A DNA stretch of 52,458 nucleotides from Desulfobacteraceae bacterium (GTDB lineage Bacteria > Desulfobacterota > Desulfobacteria > Desulfobacterales > JALSRD01). The DNA is taken from contig JAMOVG010000115.1 in the NCBI GenBank assembly GCA_027061725.1, forward strand, positions 1 to 52,458, given 5' to 3'. The position numbers and the translations under genes were made by a program. The notes beneath the pieces were generated by a model. The model had not been told where the DNA came from and ran no database searches. It worked only from the letters and a program-made list of their open reading frames with translations. This document shows, piece after piece, positions 39,517 to 50,553 of the stretch (position 1 is the stretch's first letter; each line of letters starts with the position of its first letter).

Positions 39517-40002
39517 TTACTGGCTGGCACGCTCTTTGGCCAACTGCTCGGGGCTCATGGTCCAAAAGGGGGTGCCGTCCTTGGTCAGACGCACCTTGAG
39601 CTGGAAATAGTCCCCCTTTTTGACCTTGGAGGCCATGAAGATATCCTTGTCGTCGATCACGGCCCACACCCCCTTTACCTTGACACGGTCCCCGCGCTTG
39701 AGGCCCGTGCTCTTGAGGTCGATGAACCAAGTGGGACAAAGGTGCACCATAATGTCGTCGCCGCCTCTCTCGCGAACGATCAGTCCGACTCCCGGTGACA
39801 TGCCTTTCATGGGAACCACTTTGATGATCTTGACGATGGTCCCCTTAAAGCTGTCCATCTCGCTGGCGTTGTAAAGCTTGTTGTAAGGGCTGTCCAGGCC
39901 CCAGCCGCCCATGTCCCTTTTCTCGGTTGCCCCCACAGCCAGCGCCGCCAGCAGCGTGCAAAGCACCGCCATCGCAATGGTTACAAAACCCTTCTTCCGC
40001 AT
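39517..40002 (-). CDS. Exported small beta-barrel/OB-fold-like protein
   Basis: AGGAG RBS, signal peptide, VHLCPTWF...GDRVKVKG...GTPFW pattern; fold is inferred. Confidence 0.6.
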   Translation of the reverse strand: MRKKGFVTIAMAVLCTLLAALAVGATEKRDMGGWGLDSPYNKLYNASEMDSFKGTIVKIIKVVPMKGMSPGVGLIVRERGGDDIMVHLCPTWFIDLKSTGLKRGDRVKVKGVWAVIDDKDIFMASKVKKGDYFQLKVRLTKDGTPFWTMSPEQLAKERASQ

Positions 40003-40155
40003 ATCTCTTTTCTCCTGTCGCATCTTTTTTTGCCGCATGAAACCGGTGGGCACCGGCGACACCCGTCGCTACCCTATCATTTCCCGCCAAACTTGTAAAA
40101 AGGCATTTTCAGGTGCTTCGACCCGTCCGGTAACCGTCATCCGGAGAAAAGACGA

Positions 40156-41640
40156 TCAGTTCTTGGTCGCCACGGCAAACAGGTTTATGCCATGGGTTTC
40201 GGAGATCACCTCCACGTCGGCACCGAAGGCGCTTTCTCCGAAAATATCCCTGAGCTCGCGCTCGTCGCGGTAGATGAGGGTCCAGTGAAGAATGTGATCC
40301 ATGAACTGGCGGTTGGGGTTGTTGGGGCTGAAGTTGCCGATGATCAGCTTGCCGCCCTCTCGCAGCTGTCCATGGCATCGGTCGATCAGTCGTACGAAAA
40401 GCCTGCGGTCCAGGTAATCGGTCAGCCCTGACGAGTAGATAATGTCCTGCTGCCCGAAATCGTGGCGCACACGCCCCAGTGCCCACTTGACGATGTTTTC
40501 ATTCATCAGCCGCACCGTGGCCTGGTGATTGAAGACGTTCACATGGCGGTTGGTGTAGGCCAGGGCGTCGGGGTCGATATCGATGCAAAGGGCTTCGACG
40601 GCCTGCGTCTGGTCAAAATCCGCCAGAAAATCGAATAGTTCCCGGTTTGATCCGCACGCCAGGTTCATGATGTGGATTTCCTGCTGCCGTTCGATCTTAG
40701 AGCGGCTGATGTCGGCGAGCAGTCTGGCCAGCAGTTTTCTGCGCTGCCGCACGGCGTCGGCCGCGGGCGAGGCCAGGAACCAGCCGTCCATGATTCTGCC
40801 CAGTTTTCCGTCCCCGTCGGGCCGATTGCGGTAGATCATCTCCATCATCATGAAATCTCCGGCGTACCCCTTGGGCTTATAGTAGACCCGCTCTGCCAGG
40901 CGACTTCGCATGAGGTATGGAAAAAATTCCTTGAACACGTACCCCCACACGAAACGTTCGTCTTCCTCCTTCCGGATGTATTTTTCGATGCCCTGCAGGC
41001 GTACATTGAAATCGTCGATGATGGCGTAGCCCTCCCTGACGAGTTCTTCGGGCAGCTCGTTTTCTTCCAGTTTCTGTAGCTTGTAAGAAAGGTCGAACAG
41101 GCGTGCCTTGAATTCTTCGGAAACCTTGTTGGCGATACGCCAGGCATCGGTGTTGAGAAAATCATCCGGCAGCAGCCGCGCCTCTTCAAACTGGTGACGG
41201 CCGGCGGAAAGCGAGGCCGCGTAACCGGTCAGGGGTTCCCTTTCCTCCAGCACGCGTCGGAATTTCTGGCAGATGGAGCGTGCCAGGAAGGACAGGAATT
41301 CGCCGTAAAGCAGCGGGTCTTCGGACTGCAGGCGCTTCATGGCCGAGGGCTCGAAGAGACGGATGAGGGTGTCTTCGGTGGCTTTCACGTTGCGAATGCG
41401 CGTGATGCCGTCGAAAAAACCGATCTCTCCGAAAAACTTGCCCGCGCCGATAATGGCGACGGTGATGTTGACCCCCTCGAAAGTGTAGGACACTTCCACC
41501 GCTCCTTTTTCCACGAAGTACAGGCAGTGGGCGTCCGAACCGGTGCTGACCACTTTCTCCCCATGCCGGTAGGACCGCTTTTCGGCGTAGGGCATCACTT
41601 TCTCTACAATGGGGTCAACTTCATAACGCTTCGGCTTCAT
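40156..41640 (-). CDS. cNMP-binding domain fused to a class I SAM methyltransferase (PhcB-like)
   Basis: CNB cassette FFGEIGFFDGITR; KPKGYAGDF; SAM motif I MNLACGS; DID; YSSGLTDYL; GGKLIIGNF. Confidence 0.8.
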   Translation of the reverse strand: MKPKRYEVDPIVEKVMPYAEKRSYRHGEKVVSTGSDAHCLYFVEKGAVEVSYTFEGVNITVAIIGAGKFFGEIGFFDGITRIRNVKATEDTLIRLFEPSAMKRLQSEDPLLYGEFLSFLARSICQKFRRVLEEREPLTGYAASLSAGRHQFEEARLLPDDFLNTDAWRIANKVSEEFKARLFDLSYKLQKLEENELPEELVREGYAIIDDFNVRLQGIEKYIRKEEDERFVWGYVFKEFFPYLMRSRLAERVYYKPKGYAGDFMMMEMIYRNRPDGDGKLGRIMDGWFLASPAADAVRQRRKLLARLLADISRSKIERQQEIHIMNLACGSNRELFDFLADFDQTQAVEALCIDIDPDALAYTNRHVNVFNHQATVRLMNENIVKWALGRVRHDFGQQDIIYSSGLTDYLDRRLFVRLIDRCHGQLREGGKLIIGNFSPNNPNRQFMDHILHWTLIYRDERELRDIFGESAFGADVEVISETHGINLFAVATKN

Positions 41641-43648
41641 TTATTTTTTCCCTTCCGTTGTTTTTGTTCCGGTCTTCTTCATCGCTTCCCAGCGCACGCT
41701 TGATGGCGATCGCCATGTCCCGTATGGAAAAAGGCTTCAGCAGGAAACCGCTCAATCCCATCTCACGTGCGTTTTCGGCGTTGATCTGTTCGCTGAATCC
41801 GGTACAGATGATGATGGGAAAATCCTTGCGTATCTCCCGCACGGCCATTGCCAGCTGAACGCCGTTCATGTAAGGCATGGTCATGTCCGTAATCAGCATG
41901 TCGAAGCGGTACGGATCCTTCCGGAAGATGCCCAGCGCCTGCCGCGGGCTGTCGGTCGCCACCACGTCGTACTGCAGCTGCTCCAGCATCTGTGAAGCCA
42001 GTTCCACCAGAAAGTCTTCGTCGTCCACATACAGTATATTGGCCTTTCCCATGGGAGGCGGCTCTTCTCTTTCTTTTCTTTCCTGCGGGGCGTTCTCTGC
42101 CACCGGAAAAAACACGTCGAAACGGGTTCCCTCGCCGCTGTTGCTCCTGACGGTAATAGCCCCGTTGTAGCTCTTTACAATGCCGTGGATCACGGCCAGC
42201 CCCATACCGGTTCCCTTGCCGGGCTTCTTGGTGGTGAAATAGGGGTCGAATATGCGCTCGATGATGTGTTCGTCGATTCCGTGGCCCGTATCCTGCACCG
42301 TCAATTGAACATAATTCCCGGCAGTAACGCCGGCCTTGTGGTATTCGTCCCCGAGCCGCACGCTGACGTTCTCCAGCCGAACGGTCAGCGTACCGCCGCT
42401 GTCCTCCATGGCGTGGGCGGCATTGGTGCACAGGTTCATCAGGATCTGGTGGATCTGGGTCGGGTCCGCATTGATGGTGTCCAGTTCCGTGGCGATTTCG
42501 CGCACGATTTCGATCTGCCTGGGAAGTGAGGCCCGCAGCAGGGAAAGGCCTTCTTTGATAATGGGGCCCACGGAAACCGTGCTGACTTCCTGCTGGCGCT
42601 GTCGGCTGAAGGTCAGGATCTGGTTGACCAGGTCCTTGGCACGCTGGCTGGCCTTGAGTATCTTGTCCAGGTTCTGCCGCGTTTCGTTATCACCAAGCAC
42701 CGGCTGGCGCAGCAGGGTCATTTCCGTGTATCCCATGATAGCTGCCAATATATTATTGAAATCATGTGCGATACCACCTGCCAAGGTACCAATCGCCTCC
42801 ATTTTCTGCGCCTGCTGGAGCTGGATCTGGAGACGCATCTTTTCTTCCTCGGCACGCCGGTTGGCCTCGATCTCCCTGACCAGTTCCTCGTTGGTCTTGA
42901 CCAGCTGGCGGGTTCGCTGACGGACCCGGTTTTCGAGGTCGCGGTTGATCTGCCGCACCTTTTCACGCTCCTTGGACAGCAGCAGTGCCATATAAAAGTC
43001 GCGCCGGGCGTAATATTCGATGGAATAACAGGCGAACATTCCGATAAGATTGGCGCTGATGAAGAAAAAATTATTGTTGATCAGGATGGAAACCGGGGTA
43101 TGGCTAAGAAAGACGGCGGCAAACTCGTAGAAGAGTACGATCACCCAACCGGCGGCGGTCGCCCAGATGAAACGGGCCCGTAGAAAGGTGTATCCGAACA
43201 TGAAGATGAGAATCAGGCCGGCGTAGTAGGAGAATGTAGCCGGCGGTGGCGCAATCACGATCATCGCCACGATGCCGATGCCGCCGACGACGATCACGAC
43301 AAAAAAGCAAGGTTGAAAGAATTTTTTAAACTGCGGCGAATAACTGAAGAGAAACGCGGCGAAAAGCAGGGGGCACTCGACGGCGTATCGGATCAGCCAC
43401 AGAATATGCTTTTTCTGCGGGACCAGCACGGCATCCAGCAAACCGAATATGCCGTAAAAAAAAACAGCCATCAGCAGGGCCAACCGGATCTGTTTCAAAC
43501 CGGCCTGGTAATACTCGTCCAGGAAGGTCTGCTCGAGCTCGGCATCTTTTCCCGTAAACCTCAGCGTGAGCCTGCTGAGCTTCATGGGGCTCGATTGGTT
43601 TTGCGATCCGGGCATATTCAAGTTGAAAGCTTTCCTGGCTCCGTCCAT
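41621..43648 (-). CDS. Hybrid sensor histidine kinase/response regulator with ~6-TM input domain
   Basis: GIAHDFNN H-box, MNLCTNA, DTGHG, FDPYFTTK, GTGMGL; REC domain VDDE...ITDMTMP...KP; exact start uncertain. Confidence 0.93.
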   Translation of the reverse strand: MDGARKAFNLNMPGSQNQSSPMKLSRLTLRFTGKDAELEQTFLDEYYQAGLKQIRLALLMAVFFYGIFGLLDAVLVPQKKHILWLIRYAVECPLLFAAFLFSYSPQFKKFFQPCFFVVIVVGGIGIVAMIVIAPPPATFSYYAGLILIFMFGYTFLRARFIWATAAGWVIVLFYEFAAVFLSHTPVSILINNNFFFISANLIGMFACYSIEYYARRDFYMALLLSKEREKVRQINRDLENRVRQRTRQLVKTNEELVREIEANRRAEEEKMRLQIQLQQAQKMEAIGTLAGGIAHDFNNILAAIMGYTEMTLLRQPVLGDNETRQNLDKILKASQRAKDLVNQILTFSRQRQQEVSTVSVGPIIKEGLSLLRASLPRQIEIVREIATELDTINADPTQIHQILMNLCTNAAHAMEDSGGTLTVRLENVSVRLGDEYHKAGVTAGNYVQLTVQDTGHGIDEHIIERIFDPYFTTKKPGKGTGMGLAVIHGIVKSYNGAITVRSNSGEGTRFDVFFPVAENAPQERKEREEPPPMGKANILYVDDEDFLVELASQMLEQLQYDVVATDSPRQALGIFRKDPYRFDMLITDMTMPYMNGVQLAMAVREIRKDFPIIICTGFSEQINAENAREMGLSGFLLKPFSIRDMAIAIKRALGSDEEDRNKNNGREKINEAEAL

Positions 43649-43750
43649 CGTTCACGGGGTGCTGTCTAATGCCGTGACTTCCCCACTGATCCGGACGTTT
43701 TTCTGAAACGAAAGAACGCTTTTCCGCCCGCAATACCGCGGCTCTCCGGC

Positions 43751-44686
43751 TTAAGAGGCTTTGATGACACAATTTCTTCCCGCCGTCTTGGCACGGTACA
43801 AACACGCATCGGCATCGCCGATGAGCTCCGAGGCGACAACATTTTCGCAGCCGATTTTTCCCGAAAGGCCGCTCACACCAAAACTGACCGTTATGAAAAT
43901 CTGATCTCTTTCGGAAACGCCGATGCGATTTTCGGCAATCATGCGCCGGAGCATGTCCGCTTTTTTGGCGGCGTTTTCAACATTGGTTTCCGGAAGGACG
44001 ATCAGAAATTCTTCTCCACCGTAACGCGCCATCCAGTCGATGTCTTTGCGGATGACATTCTGAACCCGACTGGCAAAGGCGTGCAGCACCATATCCCCGA
44101 CCTGATGGCCGTAAGTGTCGTTTATCATCTTGAAATGGTCCAGATCACACATCACAATGGAGAGATCCCGGCCGTAACGCTGGGCTCTCTTGATTTCTGC
44201 GGGCAGTTTTTCCTCCAGGTACCGGCGATTGTAGCAACCGGTCACGGAATCGATGATAGAGAGCGCCTTGATTTCGCGGTAGGCCTGTTTCAGCGATCTT
44301 TCCAGGCCGATGATGCGCATGCCCGTGTTGATGCGTGCCAGCAGTTCGGCGTGGTTGAAAGGCTTCGTGAGGTAATCGTCGACGCCGGTCTCAAACCCCT
44401 TGAGTACGTCTTCGGTGGAATCTCTGGCCGTCAGCACGACGATGTAAATATAGTGCGCATTTCTCTGGCTGCGGATCCATCGGCACAGTTCCAGCCCATC
44501 CATCTCCGGCATCATCAGGTCGGTGACGACGATGGGAAAACACGAATTTTTCAGGATCTCCTGCGCGATTTTTCCATTTTCGGCTTCGGCGGTGTCATAC
44601 CCCGCTCCACCGACAGTTTTGCATATCAAACGGCGGGTTACCGGATCGTCTTCGACCACCAGTACAGGATAATTTTTTTTACGCAT
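43751..44686 (-). CDS. REC-GGDEF diguanylate cyclase
   Basis: VEDD...TDLMMP...KP REC domain; DLDHFKMINDTYGH, RYGGEEF, AK..GRN. Confidence 0.93.
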   Translation of the reverse strand: MRKKNYPVLVVEDDPVTRRLICKTVGGAGYDTAEAENGKIAQEILKNSCFPIVVTDLMMPEMDGLELCRWIRSQRNAHYIYIVVLTARDSTEDVLKGFETGVDDYLTKPFNHAELLARINTGMRIIGLERSLKQAYREIKALSIIDSVTGCYNRRYLEEKLPAEIKRAQRYGRDLSIVMCDLDHFKMINDTYGHQVGDMVLHAFASRVQNVIRKDIDWMARYGGEEFLIVLPETNVENAAKKADMLRRMIAENRIGVSERDQIFITVSFGVSGLSGKIGCENVVASELIGDADACLYRAKTAGRNCVIKAS

Positions 44687-44878
44687 ACCCAATGATTGCC
44701 GTCAGCAGAAAAGGAAATGTTCCCCGGACGTGCAGGCCACGCTTGACACCCGAGCTGATTTCAGGAAATCATTTCAGTCGCCGGGAAGACAGATTTTCGA
44801 ATGCAGGCAGAATAATTCGGTTCGGAGAGGGGATGCTCGGGCTCTTGTGCGCACGGATTCCGTGACCCGCTTCGTGGT

Positions 44879-45193
44879 TTAGTATTGCATCGCACGCAGT
44901 TTTTCCATCAGTTTGTCAATTTTTTCGATGGCCTCGCCGACCGCTTCGAAATTTCCGGCATCACTCAGCGTTTCGATCGTCCTGGCCTCCCGGGATATAT
45001 CCATCAATCCCAGGTTCCCCGATGCCCCCTTGAGGGAATGGGCCAGCCTGCGAATTTGTTCCCCGTCGCCGGTCTTGAGGGCCTCGCGCAGTTCTTCCAC
45101 CTGAGGTGAACCGGTTTCCACAAACAGATCGACGAGTTCTCCGAATTCATCTGTTTCCAGTCCGAGATTCTCCGCCAGTGACGTAAAATTCAT
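44879..45193 (-). CDS. Stand-alone Hpt phosphotransfer protein
   Basis: AHSLKGASGNLG Hpt motif; 104 aa, helical. Confidence 0.9.
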   Translation of the reverse strand: MNFTSLAENLGLETDEFGELVDLFVETGSPQVEELREALKTGDGEQIRRLAHSLKGASGNLGLMDISREARTIETLSDAGNFEAVGEAIEKIDKLMEKLRAMQY

Positions 45194-45391
45194 GCATGCT
45201 CCTTGTCTTTCTCGTTTTTTTTGCGATTCTCTTTTTTCTAAATCGTCACTTTATGGATTTTTATTAGCGATATTCCTATCCTGCGCACCGGTGGAGCATA
45301 AATTTTTCGGGTTGCATTGTGGAAACAGAATCCTGGTCCCGTTACTTGTCCCAGGGGGCACAGTTCACCTTAGAGCCCTGAAACGCGCCGC

Positions 45392-49028
<3,637 letters not shown>

Positions 49029-49282
49029 TGTTGTCCCTTCTTCTTTTTTAATAATTATCTTAAAAGATGAAGATGAAAGGTTGTGTATAACGCTAACAAC
49101 TTTTTAAAAATTTGAATTCAATGGAAAAAAGAACAATATGGATTGACGGAAAAATGGGCGTTGGCAAATGATATCCCCCCCGTTTGTAACCGTCGCCGGG
49201 GAATTGTCAATAACCGCCCGGTTATCGTAAATCCATTGTCAAGGCTGTCAACAAGAAGACGCGGATTCGGCCTGGAAGATTC
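49029..49282. other. Candidate chromosomal replication origin (oriC)
   Basis: Consensus DnaA box TGTGTATAA (49082-49090) next to period-3 GAT GAA GAT GAA and an AT-rich tract; degenerate boxes at 49205-49213 and 49246-49254; directly upstream of dnaN. Confidence 0.6.
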
Positions 49283-49828
49283 TCACGTGCCGGAATAGAT
49301 CCATTGGCGAATATCCGCGAGGACTTCGCTTTCCCATCGGGGGGAAAGCCGCTGCTTGACGAAACGGGTGTAAAGGTCTTCGATCAGGTCCACGACTTTT
49401 TCGGTCATGAATATGCGGTCCAGCGTGGCGGCCTCCAGGTCCTGCCGGGTTTCCACGAGAGTCGGTTCAGGAAACTTGAGATTGCTCACGTTGAGGCTCT
49501 CCCCCTTGAGGGTAAAGGTCCACTGCTGGGGTCCCAGGGTGTATTTAAGATTGATTTCGCTGACCAGCGCACCCTTACGCAAGGCCAGGATGCCTTCTTC
49601 CAGGCCGGCGTCGTCTCCCTTGATGGTGATGGTCTCCAGACCTTCCTGCTGGCGGTTTTCCAGCACCAGGCGGTTGCCGACCTGAAGGGACGCGGGCGCA
49701 TCGGCGTTTCCATCGCCGCCGTGCGCCGCGGGGGTGTATTTGTCGTTTTCGACGAGATACCACAACCAGGTCAGAAACTCGTTTCCCAGGAAGCGGTAGC
49801 GGGTATACGCCAGGGCCAGATCGAGCAT
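49283..49828 (-). CDS. RdgC-like protein, C-terminal-half-like
   Basis: FLGNEFLTWLWY motif; 3 bp downstream of the RdgC-like gene. Confidence 0.55.
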   Translation of the reverse strand: MLDLALAYTRYRFLGNEFLTWLWYLVENDKYTPAAHGGDGNADAPASLQVGNRLVLENRQQEGLETITIKGDDAGLEEGILALRKGALVSEINLKYTLGPQQWTFTLKGESLNVSNLKFPEPTLVETRQDLEAATLDRIFMTEKVVDLIEDLYTRFVKQRLSPRWESEVLADIRQWIYSGT

Positions 49829-49831
49829 GGT

Positions 49832-50446
49832 CTATTTCCTGAACAGTGTGGGGGTAAGTGTCGCCAGCGTGTCTTTTTCCGGGTCTGTGAGGTTCGAAAG
49901 CAGGTACGCCCCGGTGTACGGGAAAATACGGATCAGCGACAGTTGAAATGATTTCAGGAACAGGGATTCCAGTTCCTCGTTGGCGGCCTTGAGGTTGGAG
50001 AAAAACCACAGCCGCGAATCTTCGTAACTCCACACGATGTCGTAGACATTGGGGGTCGCGGGAATTCGTTTGTTCAATAATTGAACAACAGATTCCTTGA
50101 GCAGTTTTTTTTCATTTCCCGAAAGGAACGCCCGGCCGTCTTCGGCCAGTTTTTTTTCCATGGCCAGGGTGTAGTGCTTGTTGATGGTTTTGGGCGGCAG
50201 GGTCTTTTTGTCGATGCGCATGGAAAAGACCATGTAGGTACCGAGCATGAACGATGAGCCGCTGAAATCGGGCTGGTAAGGGGTTTCCCACGAGGTCCAG
50301 CCGACGCTTTTTTCCGTGTCGTCTTCGTCAATGTCCGTGATGCAGAAGGAACGCAGCCCCTTTAAAACCGCTTCGGTGACCGAACCCTCAAATTTTCCGT
50401 TTACCTTGTATCGCGTCAGCGATACGGTAGATGAGCGTAATCCCAT
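49832..50446 (-). CDS. rdgC: Recombination-associated RdgC-like protein, N-terminal-half-like
   Basis: MGL.S.T.S.TRY, SVGW, MRIDKKTLP, KE.V..LL...PATP..YD.VW, LF.KSF.L.L patterns. Confidence 0.65.
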   Translation of the reverse strand: MGLRSSTVSLTRYKVNGKFEGSVTEAVLKGLRSFCITDIDEDDTEKSVGWTSWETPYQPDFSGSSFMLGTYMVFSMRIDKKTLPPKTINKHYTLAMEKKLAEDGRAFLSGNEKKLLKESVVQLLNKRIPATPNVYDIVWSYEDSRLWFFSNLKAANEELESLFLKSFQLSLIRIFPYTGAYLLSNLTDPEKDTLATLTPTLFRK

Positions 50447-50553
50447 GGGATTGGTTTCCTTTATTTTTGCAGCATAACATTTTATTATACCTTGTTTTGA
50501 TGATGGAAACAAGGGAATAATGAACCTAACGTATAGATAATTACAGGAATTTA

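Noticed and set aside
38075..40002. HtrA protease plus MamS/MamX-like protein as a magnetosome cluster
   Set aside because: No CxxCH magnetochrome motifs and no other mam/mad genes; the protease is an ordinary DegQ
50447..50553. LexA box in the rdgC/EndoQ-UvrD divergent promoter
   Set aside because: GAAC-ctaa-CGTA does not complete a GAAC-N4-GTTC palindrome; no other SOS box recognised
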